From a virus (Duplodnaviria; Caudoviricetes), in IMG/VR virus record IMGVR_UViG_3300022821_000020, positions 1 through 62,246 of that record: a DNA stretch of 62,246 nt. One strand, written 5' to 3'. A program made the position numbers and the translations under genes. Position 1 is the stretch's first letter, and each line of letters opens with the position of its first letter. The notes beneath the pieces were generated by a model. It saw only the letters and a list, made by a program, of their open reading frames with translations, did no database searches and was not told the DNA's origin. Positions 29,467 to 39,914 of this stretch are shown piece by piece.

Positions 29467-29961
29467 ATGAGCGGAACGTCTTGGGAACAACTAGTTGGAG
29501 AGGCTGTGTGCGTAATGGACATTGACGTAGTCCCTTATGTCATCCATAATGTGTTGGTTGTTGGTCATAATGAGGACTGGGACCACCTGACTGAAGAGCA
29601 GCAAATGCTCATAGCGCCCGAGAATTGGGCTTCAGGCTGCACACCTGCAACCCGTCGTTTTCGGAGTGAACTTGAAGGCAACCCACGGCTTGAGGCTGTA
29701 CTTCGTGGCTGGACCGTACATCTTTTCACTACAAACCCAAAGCATGAGGACATCGATTTTGGAAAGCACGGTCGGATCTGGGCTCATGTTTGGAGGAAAG
29801 GTGCTAACATGGTTGGCCTCTTGAATGAGAGCGAATATAATGATGTTGGTGAGGTCCGTCTTGCTGTTATCGGAAATGATAAGAAGTCAATCAAAGCCTT
29901 CAAGAAGGATTTTGAGCTTTCTGGTAAGATTGAGAAAAAAGATTCTATAACACAAGCTTAG
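29467..29961 (+). CDS. hypothetical protein, paralog of 31411-31869
   Basis: shared DVVP...GW...G..G....VW.K...NESEY..VGE...ND..SI.AFK.DF.LS.KIE. Confidence 0.7.
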   Translation: MSGTSWEQLVGEAVCVMDIDVVPYVIHNVLVVGHNEDWDHLTEEQQMLIAPENWASGCTPATRRFRSELEGNPRLEAVLRGWTVHLFTTNPKHEDIDFGKHGRIWAHVWRKGANMVGLLNESEYNDVGEVRLAVIGNDKKSIKAFKKDFELSGKIEKKDSITQA

Positions 29962-29990
29962 CCTCACCCTTGATTATGATATAACGAGTT

Positions 29991-30560
29991 ATGAACAACA
30001 AGCCAGATGAACCTGCGTGCAGGGAAGAGAACAATAGGTCCAAACATTGGTACCTGAATGGCAAGAGACACAGGACCGACGGTCCTGCCCTTGAATATCC
30101 TGATGGAGAGAAACGTTGGTTTCTGAATGGTAAGTTGCACAGGACCGATGGTCCTGCTGTTGAAAGACCTGATGGAGTAAAGCATTGGTACCTGGATGAC
30201 AAGTTGCACAGGACCGATGGTCCTGCAATTGAGCGGGATGATGAAACGAAGGAGTGGTGGCTGAATGGTAGTCGACACAGGGCGGACGGCCCTGCTATCG
30301 AGCATGCTGATGGTTCGAAGGAATGGTTCTTGAATGGTAAGATGCACAGGACCGATGGTCCTGCTGCCGAATATGCTGACGGAACGAAACATTGGTGCCT
30401 GAATGGTAAGTTGCACAGGACCGATGGTCCTGCTTGCGAGTATGCTGACGGAACGAAATATTGGTGCCTTTTCGGAGAACGGTACGAAGATTTGGAAGTC
30501 TGGAAGATAACCTCCGAGATGCTTGTCCTCCTGTTCCCTGGAATCGAGAGCGAAGAATGA
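29991..30560 (+). CDS. HRTDGPA repeat protein B (6 cores)
   Basis: 69-nt modules, conserved C-cap. Confidence 0.9.
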   Translation: MNNKPDEPACREENNRSKHWYLNGKRHRTDGPALEYPDGEKRWFLNGKLHRTDGPAVERPDGVKHWYLDDKLHRTDGPAIERDDETKEWWLNGSRHRADGPAIEHADGSKEWFLNGKMHRTDGPAAEYADGTKHWCLNGKLHRTDGPACEYADGTKYWCLFGERYEDLEVWKITSEMLVLLFPGIESEE

Positions 30561-30881
30561 ACAACAGAAATCTAGACATAGAAATGAAAAACATAGAAAT
30601 GGAAAACATGCATAAAAAAGAATTTTTTACTTGGTCCAGGCGACCGTGTTCGCTTCCAGGATGGTGCCTTTACAGAGTGCACGCCAGAAGCACAAAAGAT
30701 TTTCAAGTCTCTCCGAGGTACAATCACAGAAACGGATGAGTCGGGACGGGAGTGTGATTACCACGCAGTAAAGTGGGACAACACCGAAAAACTTGACTTT
30801 GAAGAATTGTTTGAGATGAGCGCTCCAGGCTATATGGAGTTCGACATGGACATCCAGGGCGATTTGTTGGAGCCCGAGTAA
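30557..30881 (+). pseudogene. frameshifted hypothetical gene (PGDRVRF...LRGTITETDESGREC..VKWD)
   Basis: start frame and conserved frame differ across the A6/T6 runs at 30614-30628. Confidence 0.5.
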
Positions 30882-30904
30882 AACCCTCCCGAAAGGGGAT
30901 AAAA

Positions 30905-31146
30905 ATGGCTAGTGAAACTTTTTTGATGATGGTAACAGAGCGAGGTTCTCGAAGGGTTGGTGGTCACGCCGCAAGCACGAAAAAGATTTAATGAAGCTTC
31001 GTGGTGTTATTACAGATGCAAATGATTCTGGACGAGAATGTTGTTATTACTACGTTGAGTGGGATGCAACTGAAGCAGAACTTGTGGCCCTCGGGCTGGA
31101 ACAGAATGGTTCATACCAAAGTGATGCTCTGGCCTTGGCCAGATAA
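30905..31146 (+). pseudogene. frameshifted paralog of the previous gene (GNRARF...LRGVITDANDSGREC..VEWD)
   Basis: ATG frame stops early; conserved frame begins at a T6 run (30919-30924). Confidence 0.5.
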
Positions 31147-31410
31147 TTCCTCAAAACCATTCAAAGCCTGAGCATTCTGTGGTAATGTTTGCATATGGAC
31201 CAAGACCTTAGGATGCCCACCAAGTGGCTCATCATGCTTGCGGACAAGATTAAGTCCGATCAGAATTTCTCTGAGATGAAATTTATCTCAGAAGGTGGAA
31301 ATATAATTTATGCTCGTCGCACAATAGCTACGAGACCCAAGAATGACCCGCAGGGTGGTCAGATAGATGTTTGGGATTTTTACGTAAACCCTGGTGATTG
31401 ATAGGTAGAT

Positions 31411-31869
31411 ATGGGACATAGTGTTTGGGCAGATGTGGTACCTTTTGTGATGCACAGATTTCTGGAAACAAGCCAGAGTGGGATGGAAGACTTCAGCCTA
31501 ACTGAGCAGTTGATGACAATGCCTGATGAATGGGCAGTCGGTGAACTTGAAGAAGACGAAGCCGAATACTTGAAGATTGAAGCCGAGCCACGCAGGGAAG
31601 CCGAAATCAATGGATGGCGTCTGGCTATTGCTACAGACCACCCAGAATATTGCGACGCAAATATTGGCAAGGACGGGACGCTATATGGCTATGTTTGGAA
31701 GAAGGACCAATTTGTTGTTCATGTAGTAAACGAGAGCGAATACAGCAATGTTGGTGAGTATGAGATGTCTGCTTGCTCAAACGACAGAGCCTCAATTGAG
31801 GCTTTCAAGAGTGACTTCGGGCTTTCTTCTAAAATCGAAGAAGTTGATGTTGTAATGCAGGCAGGATGA
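31411..31869 (+). CDS. hypothetical protein, paralog of 29467-29961
   Basis: see paralog motifs. Confidence 0.7.
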   Translation: MGHSVWADVVPFVMHRFLETSQSGMEDFSLTEQLMTMPDEWAVGELEEDEAEYLKIEAEPRREAEINGWRLAIATDHPEYCDANIGKDGTLYGYVWKKDQFVVHVVNESEYSNVGEYEMSACSNDRASIEAFKSDFGLSSKIEEVDVVMQAG

Positions 31870-31893
31870 GAGAACAAACGTGAGGTGTTGTAA

Positions 31894-32385
31894 GTGCTAA
31901 TTCTGTTTCCAAGCGAACTATCCGAATCAAAAAAGGTCGATTCCGCCTTTCTTGAGGAATGTCGTGCTGCCGAATCGGCTGGACACGATGTCGGTCTTAT
32001 CAATCAAGATGAGCTGGATGCGGGCAACTTCCAAAGGGCTGTCGCCCGAGTTTTGGGTGCTGGGGAAGAGGCTGTAAACCTTCTTACGGAGGTCGCCCTT
32101 GAGAATGTCTTGAATATTGTCATGAATAACTTCCCACCCGAGTGCAAGGTGTCTGAATACCTAGATGACATCTTGGTGACTTTGGATAGTTGTCAGAGTG
32201 ATTTCGGTGACTATAAGGTTGTCAAGGAAACTGTTGAGGTCAACACTTTGGAAATGGAAGTCCTCAGGGCGAAGTGGCATGCGCAATTGGCGCAGGATTT
32301 CAAGGACTGGGATCAGTCTGAGCGAGACCAAAAAGAGAAGGAAGAGCGAGCGCAGCTCACCAAGCTGAAGGCCAAATATGAGTAG
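31894..32385 (+). CDS. hypothetical protein; N-terminus resembles ATP-grasp (DUF4343-like) leaders
   Basis: MLILFPS...VD..F.EE..AA..AG. Confidence 0.5.
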   Translation: MLILFPSELSESKKVDSAFLEECRAAESAGHDVGLINQDELDAGNFQRAVARVLGAGEEAVNLLTEVALENVLNIVMNNFPPECKVSEYLDDILVTLDSCQSDFGDYKVVKETVEVNTLEMEVLRAKWHAQLAQDFKDWDQSERDQKEKEERAQLTKLKAKYE

Positions 32386-33425
32386 CACTCCCACAAAGAC
32401 GCTTCCAGAGGGCTGGTATTGGGTGAGCGGTCGCAAGGGTTTCTCTAGTCCCGAATACGCCAGGCATGATGCCGATCTGTATACACCACATGGTTGCCAT
32501 GCTGGTCAAATTCGGCACTCCATGTTTTTTGCGGGCGAGGTAAGGTTCACCACTTTCACGTGGAGCGAAGACTGTTGTGGCGGGGAGAATTCCTCACATG
32601 ATTCTTTTGAAGGCGCCAAAGCTTTTGTAGAGGCAGCCATCGTTCGTCAGGGCTTTCACATGGAATGTGAGTTCAACTGCTCCGACGATGGCGACGTCGA
32701 AGAGGCTGCTGAAATTGCATCTCTTGGCTGGGACAGCCTCAGTGGGGATGCCCAAGACCTAGTCCAGGATATTGTTGAAGCCATGCTCGGCCCCAAGAGG
32801 TTTAGAGCGTGGTGTGAAGAAGGAAAAGGTGAATAAGTGTCAGAACTAAAACGTGACATCGAAGATGTCAAGTGGGCGCTACGAACCTTCAGCGTTGAAG
32901 AGCGGCGACGTAATGCTGGCATGATGCGCCTCTCATTTGGTTCGGGGCGCTGCGTGAATACCGTAGATTCATTTGAACGAATCGTGAAAAGGCTTGAGCT
33001 TCTAGAAGCAAAACTGGGTTTATTGGCCCGTTGAAATTTGTTATACTGATAGAGGAGACATAGATGGCTGATTGGAAAACAGAAGAGTTTAAAGCAGCAA
33101 TTGAGGCGATGCCCTTAGTTTGTAAAGCTGAAGTAGGTGGGTCAGGCGGCGACTTCGACACTAATAACATTACCGTTTCCGTCGAGGGTGCTTACCACCG
33201 CCTTTTTATTAGGGGGTTTGGCTCCACTGAAAAGTCAATTGAAGAGTTAGGAGCAACACATGACTTCGTTCCGAGTTGTGAATTCGTTGAACTAAATTGC
33301 GGTTTGGATTCACGTGGCGGCCTGCGCTCGGATCAGTTGAACGTTGGACTAGTCTATGCACGAATTAACTCATACCTCAGAAAACGTGGGTTCAACGTCA
33401 TTGGACACTATAAACAGGTTTTTTA

Positions 33426-34334
33426 ATGACTAAAGCATTTGTTCCCGAAATCGGTTCCAAACTAAAACTGGAGAAGGATTGGACATTTGATGTCCATGTA
33501 GAACTTAGAAACTCACAGCTTTACAAGGCAGATAGTCGCAAGGTCAAACCCTGGGGTCAAGCTGGTAAGTTATATAAAAGAACCTTACCAGCGGGCTCAA
33601 CTTTTTTGATTGATCAAATATATGTGAGAACTGGCGCTAAAGACTATTCCTCCGTCACTTTGCTCGTGCTCGATACAACCGATCCTGTTCTAGGCAGTCT
33701 CAAGAAGAAGAGGCAGCCTTTCAAGGCCAAAGGTGCCGAATTCCTTGCTCGTTTTTGGGTGAAACTCGTCCAATTCAATGAAGCTGAGTTCATTGTGACA
33801 GATGATGCGACTCGGCCGATGAGGGTCAGAGCAGTTTGCGGTGAGCCAATTACCCTTGGTCGATTCAAAAATCGCAAAAATGCAAATTGGTGGATCAAGT
33901 TTGAACATGGCAACCCTGATTATTGTTTTGAAGGTAATTTGACGGGTCGTGTACAAACGGACAAACGACTCCCCACACAAGATTCCTACTTTGTCGGTCA
34001 GGGTTGGGTAGAAAATGTGGAGGTGGTAAAGGATGTCCAAGGCAAAGTCAGGACATACTATCGATACAACCCGCCTTCCTACCTTCCTACCCTAGTTCCT
34101 GAGTCTTGGCTGGTTTCACATGAGTGTGTGGAAAAGTTCAAGGTGGCTGAGGCAGGGTATAACAACAGAACAATTATCAGAACAAGACACCCGCTCCACA
34201 AACAGCTCCGTATTCCTCGCCAAAAGAGAGACAGAATACCCCTGGGGATTCCCAATGACAAGACGTTGTTGGAAGATATCAAGGTTGCTGGCGGGCTGCT
34301 GACCATCAGCGAAGTCAAAGAAGTGGAAGCATAA
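33426..34334 (+). CDS. hypothetical phage protein
   Basis: PEIG..L.L..DWTF...E.RN, IDQIYVR.G..DYSSVT, RFWVKL. Confidence 0.65.
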   Translation: MTKAFVPEIGSKLKLEKDWTFDVHVELRNSQLYKADSRKVKPWGQAGKLYKRTLPAGSTFLIDQIYVRTGAKDYSSVTLLVLDTTDPVLGSLKKKRQPFKAKGAEFLARFWVKLVQFNEAEFIVTDDATRPMRVRAVCGEPITLGRFKNRKNANWWIKFEHGNPDYCFEGNLTGRVQTDKRLPTQDSYFVGQGWVENVEVVKDVQGKVRTYYRYNPPSYLPTLVPESWLVSHECVEKFKVAEAGYNNRTIIRTRHPLHKQLRIPRQKRDRIPLGIPNDKTLLEDIKVAGGLLTISEVKEVEA

Positions 34335-34335
34335 G

Positions 34336-34800
34336 ATGCCCCAAGAACGTAAATCAATCTACGAAATTCAGAGAATTCTTGCCGACGTCAAGTATAAGGA
34401 CTGGGTTGTTCGTCTTTTGGATAAAGGTGACGGCTTCCTAGCCCAATGGGTTTTTCTGGGTGTGGATGTCGACCACCCAGAAAAGGGCGAGGTACTTCAA
34501 CACTGTCGGAAGTGGTACGTTTCTCCGTATTCAACCACAACAGAAATCGTGGAAACTGCATGGAAGGCATGTTGGATAGCTGTTCAACACGAGACTCGTG
34601 AGGAGTTTACGTACAAGGGCGAACGAGTTTATAGCCCGCACTTTGATATCGAAGCCCGTGTTCAGATGTGTGTCGCCGCCGCCTATGATGTTCGTGACCC
34701 TCTTCAAGAAAAACCCGCAAGACGAATGAGGCCTTGCGCTGAATGTGGTCGGGAAATGCAGCCTGACTACATGTCTGACCTAAGGTCTGATTGCGACTAA
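34336..34800 (+). CDS. hypothetical phage protein
   Basis: RKWYVSP...EIV.TA..A....HE.RE.F.YKG...Y.PH. Confidence 0.65.
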   Translation: MPQERKSIYEIQRILADVKYKDWVVRLLDKGDGFLAQWVFLGVDVDHPEKGEVLQHCRKWYVSPYSTTTEIVETAWKACWIAVQHETREEFTYKGERVYSPHFDIEARVQMCVAAAYDVRDPLQEKPARRMRPCAECGREMQPDYMSDLRSDCD

Positions 34801-34964
34801 AGAAATACGAAGTATGAGAAGTGGGCAAAGTTCCTACGTCGGCTTCTGACGCAGTTAGCTAAGTTACAGCAATATCAGTTAAGTCACATAGGAAAAGAGG
34901 GACTCCGAGGAGACTACCTACTAATAGTAAGTGTAGCCATCACCTGCCCCATAGAACTCCTAAT

Positions 34965-35429
34965 ATGCCTGCAAAAAAACGGAATGACCCTCGATTCAAG
35001 CCGTTCCTCGGTAGAATGTTTACCTTGCGGAAACATAAGGTCATTCCTGGGTATCCATCCACCCTAAATCAAAATAGGACTGAATATACCTCAGAGCAGT
35101 TTGGCGAGGTCGTGCTTGTGTTAGATGAGACGAATACAAGGGTTAGAGTTTGTGATCATGAAGGTTCTGCTATTTGGATCTCAAAGTTTTTCCTGCATAA
35201 AGAAGTCAAAAACAGTACCTTTCAGGACATTGATGCGTTTTCTGAATGTGTTCAGGAACTACTCACTATCGCCGAAGACATAAAAGACCATGATTGTAGG
35301 AATGACGCCGATGTGACGTCATTGGAAATCTATTCTAGTGAACTCGAACGAATCGCCAATTCGATTCGACAATATGCTGACTGTTTCAATCCTGTTATTA
35401 ACCCAAAGTATGACGAGCAAATGAAATGA
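34965..35429 (+). CDS. hypothetical protein, distant paralog of 35964-36410
   Basis: both start K(K/R)...FKP(F/Y)(L/I)GR.F and have a V..E....VR......W(I/V).K barrel followed by helices. Confidence 0.6.
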   Translation: MPAKKRNDPRFKPFLGRMFTLRKHKVIPGYPSTLNQNRTEYTSEQFGEVVLVLDETNTRVRVCDHEGSAIWISKFFLHKEVKNSTFQDIDAFSECVQELLTIAEDIKDHDCRNDADVTSLEIYSSELERIANSIRQYADCFNPVINPKYDEQMK

Positions 35430-35956
35430 ACTGGGACATGAAAACCATAGAAATACTCCTTAAAGAAGGGCAGGAATTGCCTAAGGGCCATCTCGCAATT
35501 GTCTCACACGGCATTGATGGATGGGCTGGTAACCCGAGCCTTTCGTTCTGGAGTCGCACGCCAGTCTATGTGCCTACTGGGGCTGTTGTGCTGATCCTCG
35601 GCTTGCCACTTCCAGCTCGCCTTAGTATCCGTGGAAAGCAGGTATTACAAATTTTTCATGAAGGACAAAAAGTTAATATTTTAGACTTACACCGTTTGGT
35701 TATGATAAACCCTGATAATAAGTTTGGGTCACTAGCGTTTTCGATGACAGGCACGTTGGGAAAAAACCGTCAGTTTTACAGGTCCCTAATTGAATCTAAG
35801 GGTGGCACGTGGAAGAAATCTGTCTCCAACCAGACAAATGTCCTCATTGTTGGAAATTATAGACACAGCACCAGGACAACCAAATACAAGAAGGCAATGA
35901 AGCTCGGGATAAAAATCATTGACGAGGATGGCCTAGGAAAGATGCTCGACAAATAG
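35426..35956 (+). CDS. BRCT domain protein
   Basis: FSMTGTL...R......IESKGG....SVS..TNVLIVG......K..KA.KLGIKIIDE. Confidence 0.8.
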   Translation: MNWDMKTIEILLKEGQELPKGHLAIVSHGIDGWAGNPSLSFWSRTPVYVPTGAVVLILGLPLPARLSIRGKQVLQIFHEGQKVNILDLHRLVMINPDNKFGSLAFSMTGTLGKNRQFYRSLIESKGGTWKKSVSNQTNVLIVGNYRHSTRTTKYKKAMKLGIKIIDEDGLGKMLDK

Positions 35957-35963
35957 GGCTTAT

Positions 35964-36410
35964 ATGTCTAAAAAAAGGGAACTTGAGTTCAAGCCATACA
36001 TAGGACGTTTTTTCCAATTCAGTTCTCGAATTCGTATGTCGCCCGAAAAAGCGATAATTGGGAAAACGCTTTACGGGAACTCGTTGAAACACCTTCTTTG
36101 TCAAACCAAAGAGACACTACCGAATTCCGTCTTCATTATTGCCGAGAAGAGAAACCACGTTAGATTTCTCTCGGGGGATTCGGACCATCTCTGGGTGCCG
36201 AAGACACAACTTGTACCTCTGAAACTACCAACTTTTGAGGGAAATCCTCTGATTTTGCTAGAGGAGTTTCGTAAATTCCTGGTTTATTGTACGGACACGA
36301 AGCTCAAAGATTTCAGCACAGATGAAATGGTTCGCCAGGCCATAAAACTGCTGCCGCAACTAGATGCCCTTATCGATAATCAGAGGGTAAAAATCATACC
36401 TGACGACTAA
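35964..36410 (+). CDS. hypothetical protein, distant paralog of 34965-35429
   Basis: see paralog. Confidence 0.6.
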   Translation: MSKKRELEFKPYIGRFFQFSSRIRMSPEKAIIGKTLYGNSLKHLLCQTKETLPNSVFIIAEKRNHVRFLSGDSDHLWVPKTQLVPLKLPTFEGNPLILLEEFRKFLVYCTDTKLKDFSTDEMVRQAIKLLPQLDALIDNQRVKIIPDD

Positions 36411-36420
36411 ATCAATTAGG

Positions 36421-36449
36421 TTGAAAAATCTCTATAACCGTGGTACAAT
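36421..36449 (+). promoter_or_regulatory. promoter TTGAAA-N17-TACAAT with extended TG
   Basis: consensus match; GGAGG SD downstream. Confidence 0.7.
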
Positions 36450-36477
36450 GAGGTATTACTAATGGAGGTCCCTTACT

Positions 36478-37800
36478 ATGGGCTTTGGATATCAGGTCAC
36501 GCACACGTCTGAAACAGCTCTAGCTGAGTCTGAAGGCGCAGAAGTACAACTGGCAGGTCGGGTCGTTTTTTGGCGAAAGCTGGGGAAGGTGGCGTTCGGA
36601 AAGCTGGCTGATTCAGAGGGTGTCATTCAGTTCTCTTTCAACATGCGAGAGACACCTAACACTTACAAGGAGTGGGTAAAATCTATCAAGATGGGCTCGC
36701 TTATTGCTATTTCAGGACAGATGTGGACTTCAAGCACAGGCGAGTTTACTGTCTTGGTTGATACAGACTTCATGGCGCTGCGCCATTCAATGCACCCTTT
36801 CCCCAACAAGTGGGCTGGGATTGTTGACCCCGAATTGAAGCTCCGTAAGCGCTACCTCGATATCGCCCTTGACCCTGAAGTAAAGCGACGCTTTAGGTTG
36901 CGAAGTCAACTAATTTCGTTCATGCGGCTCTACTTGGACACGCAGAACTTCATGGAAGTGGAGACCCCAGTTCTTTCGCCGAGTGCATCTGGGGCTCAGG
37001 CAAAGACTTTTGTTACACACCACAATGCCTTGGGCGCATACCTGCATATGAGGATTGCACCTGAAACCTATCTCAAGAGGACAGTTGCAGCAGGCTTCGA
37101 CCGAGTTTTTGAGATAGGCAAGCAATTCCGCAACGAAGGCATGGACCCCTCCCATCTCCAGGAGTTTACATCTGTGGAGTGGTATGCGGCCCATTGGGAT
37201 TACAAAGACAATCTACAGTTTTTTAATGGGCTGCTAAAGGGAATTTTTGAATTCTGCCTTCCTAAGGATGGAGCCGACGAAACTACCTACATTCTAAACT
37301 ATCAGGGAGTAGAGCTAGATTTCAGTGACCCCCCTGTCAAAACCTATCAAGAAGTCTGTCTTGAGCTGGGAGGATTTGACCCATTTGAGTTGGATGACTG
37401 GAAGGAGGTTGACGAACGTTTCAAGGCCGAGGTGCGACCGAAGCTCATTCAGCCGATTTACTTGGTTGATTATCCTGCCCACATGAGCCCGTTGGCCCAT
37501 CGCTCAGAAGATGGGAAGACAGTTGAACAGTGGCAGTTTATTGTCAACGGTTGGGAGCTTGTAAAGTGCTACACGGAGCTTACCGACCCCGTTCTTCAGC
37601 GTCAGCTACTTGAGGAACAGATGGAGGCTCGTGGTGCTGGTGATGACGAGGCCATGATGCTTGAGGAAGACTTTCTTGAGTGTATGGAATACGGCATGCC
37701 GAACATGAGTGGTTTAGGAATGGGAATTGACCGCTTGGTCGCTCTTTTGACTAACCAAACGTCGCTGCGTGACGTTGTGCTATTTCCCACCGTTCTATAG
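36478..37800 (+). CDS. lysS: class II lysyl-tRNA synthetase
   Basis: OB fold AGRV..RK.GK..F, RKRYLD, FMEVETP, LHMRIAPE.YLKR, FRNEG, EFT..EWY, YGMP..SG.G.GIDRL, DV.LFP. Confidence 0.95.
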   Translation: MGFGYQVTHTSETALAESEGAEVQLAGRVVFWRKLGKVAFGKLADSEGVIQFSFNMRETPNTYKEWVKSIKMGSLIAISGQMWTSSTGEFTVLVDTDFMALRHSMHPFPNKWAGIVDPELKLRKRYLDIALDPEVKRRFRLRSQLISFMRLYLDTQNFMEVETPVLSPSASGAQAKTFVTHHNALGAYLHMRIAPETYLKRTVAAGFDRVFEIGKQFRNEGMDPSHLQEFTSVEWYAAHWDYKDNLQFFNGLLKGIFEFCLPKDGADETTYILNYQGVELDFSDPPVKTYQEVCLELGGFDPFELDDWKEVDERFKAEVRPKLIQPIYLVDYPAHMSPLAHRSEDGKTVEQWQFIVNGWELVKCYTELTDPVLQRQLLEEQMEARGAGDDEAMMLEEDFLECMEYGMPNMSGLGMGIDRLVALLTNQTSLRDVVLFPTVL

Positions 37801-37819
37801 GAAATTTGGCATAAAACAA

Positions 37820-38233
37820 ATGAAGACAAAGAAGACAATAAGGCGAAAGCAAAAAAAGCTCAAGGCAAGGTATTGGCCACCATCTGCTATCTGGTTGGAG
37901 CCTGGAACACTTGTTCAATTCCGAAAAAGATTTGAGCCCCATAAGCCCAATGAGTGGGTCTATGAAGGGGGTATCCTACGCTGGAACTCTCTTAGCAGCT
38001 ACAAAGACTTTATTATAAGACGCCGACCCCCAAGGAGCGCTCCGCTCGACATCAGGAGGTTAAGGCCGCATGGAGAGACATATTACATGGAAGACAGTTA
38101 TGGGGAACTTTGCCTGGTAGTTGATAGGCACCGTCTAAGTGATAATGCCATTCTCATAAGAGTTGCTTATGAAGACAAGATGTTTTGGGTGGAATCTAGT
38201 GAATTGTGTAAACAAGAAAGGGAAAATGAATGA
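37820..38233 (+). CDS. hypothetical protein with SH3-like pattern
   Basis: EPGTLV...GELCLVVD...IRVAYEDKMFWV. Confidence 0.55.
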   Translation: MKTKKTIRRKQKKLKARYWPPSAIWLEPGTLVQFRKRFEPHKPNEWVYEGGILRWNSLSSYKDFIIRRRPPRSAPLDIRRLRPHGETYYMEDSYGELCLVVDRHRLSDNAILIRVAYEDKMFWVESSELCKQERENE

Positions 38234-38547
38234 CTTGGAAACTGTTTCTTGATGATGTGCGTAACCCTACTGAAGAGGGCTATATTGTGGCCCGTTCTTC
38301 GATTATGGGGGTGGTTGAAATCGCCAACCGAAAGGAACTACCAGATTTTATGAGTTTGGACCATGACCTGGGTGAGGCTGATACAACTATGAAGTTCCTA
38401 AAAGAGCTGTATCAGATTTGGGAGATTCGTGGTGCAGACCCCAAGGAAATTCCTGACTACGTCGTCCATTCAGCTAACCCTTTGGGAACGTTGAATATTA
38501 TCTCGTACATGGAGTCTTGGAAGAAATCGGTAGTAGGTGATTGCTGA
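38230..38547 (+). CDS. cyclic-phosphate-processing receiver-like domain protein
   Basis: LFLDDVRNP, SLDHDLG, VHSANP.G. Confidence 0.8.
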   Translation: MTWKLFLDDVRNPTEEGYIVARSSIMGVVEIANRKELPDFMSLDHDLGEADTTMKFLKELYQIWEIRGADPKEIPDYVVHSANPLGTLNIISYMESWKKSVVGDC

Positions 38548-38550
38548 TTC

Positions 38551-38853
38551 ATGTTCTTGGACGAGCTAAGAGAGACTAAACCGCATTGTATCGAGTACTC
38601 CGACGGAATGAGGCGTTGGCTTTTGGGCTATAAATTGCACAGGTCTGATGGCCCTGCTGTTGAATATCCTGATGGTTCAAAGTTTTGGTACCAAAACGGT
38701 CAATTACACAGGACCGATGGTCCTGCTATCGAGTATATTTGTGGTTATCATGGCTGGTATCTTTTCGGAGAACGGTACGAGGATTTGGAAGTCTGGAAGA
38801 TAACCTCCGAGATGCTAATCCTTCTGTTTCCTGGATTCGGGAGCGAAGAATGA
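38551..38853 (+). CDS. HRTDGPA repeat protein C (2 cores)
   Basis: modules plus C-cap; ATGA overlap with D. Confidence 0.85.
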   Translation: MFLDELRETKPHCIEYSDGMRRWLLGYKLHRSDGPAVEYPDGSKFWYQNGQLHRTDGPAIEYICGYHGWYLFGERYEDLEVWKITSEMLILLFPGFGSEE

Positions 38854-39479
38854 GCAGCAAGTCAGATGAACCTGCGTGCATTGAATATCCTGATGGAACG
38901 AAAGAATGGTGTCAGAATGGTAAATTGCACAGGACCGATGGTCCTGCTATCGAGTGGCCTGATGGAACGAAAGAATGGTGTCAGAATGGTAAATTGCACA
39001 GGACCGATGGTCCTGCTATCGAGTGGCCTGATGAAGAGAAGTCTTGGTACCTGAATGGTAAAAGGCACAGGACCGATGGTCCTGCGATTGAACGTGCCAA
39101 CGGAACCAAACATTGGTACCTGAATGGTCAGAGACACAGGACCGATGGTCCTGCGGTTGAACGTGCCAACGGAACAAAACGTTGGTACCTGAATGGTAAA
39201 AAACACAGGACCGATGGCCCTGCGATTGAATACCCTGATGGAACGAAAAAGTGGTACTTAAATGATAAGAAACACAGGACCGATGGTCCTGCTAACGAGC
39301 TTTCGAATGGAGCAAAGCTTTGGTATCTAAATGGTAAGAGACACAGGACCGATGGTCCTGCAATTGAATATCCTGACGGTTCAAAGCATTGGTATCTTTT
39401 CGACAAAAAGTACGAAGATTTGGAGGTCTGGAGAGTAACCTCGGAGATACTCACTTGCTTGTTTCCAGCCCTGAAGTAA
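38850..39479 (+). CDS. HRTDGPA repeat protein D (7 cores)
   Basis: MSSKSDEPAC start; modules plus C-cap. Confidence 0.9.
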   Translation: MSSKSDEPACIEYPDGTKEWCQNGKLHRTDGPAIEWPDGTKEWCQNGKLHRTDGPAIEWPDEEKSWYLNGKRHRTDGPAIERANGTKHWYLNGQRHRTDGPAVERANGTKRWYLNGKKHRTDGPAIEYPDGTKKWYLNDKKHRTDGPANELSNGAKLWYLNGKRHRTDGPAIEYPDGSKHWYLFDKKYEDLEVWRVTSEILTCLFPALK

Positions 39480-39914
39480 GGAAGAGGAAACATAACAAAC
39501 GGGAGTAAAATTCACCTTGCTTGTGTTACTCTAATCAAGTCAGATGAGAATGAAATACAGGCAAATACAAGTAACCCTTCTTGAAAAAAAGCGAGAGGAG
39601 CAGGTACACAAGGTTCCTTCTGGTGACAGGGCACAAGTCAACCATGTTTTAGCTGCCAAGGTTTGGAAAGCGCCTAATCTAGGTCTCTGGAAAGGGCCAA
39701 AACTCCTTGAGGTTTACTCAGATGACTATCGTGGAGACAGAATCCTCCATTACGTAAAAAAACTGGAAGATGAAAACCAGGAATTGAGAACCATAATGGC
39801 TGGTGAGCGGCGAGTTGAATTTGAGCAAACCATAAACCTTTGGCCAATATTCTTAGTCGCCGTAGTGCTATGGTGTATCTGTACGCTATTTTTCTTTATT
39901 CTATGAGGAGCCCA

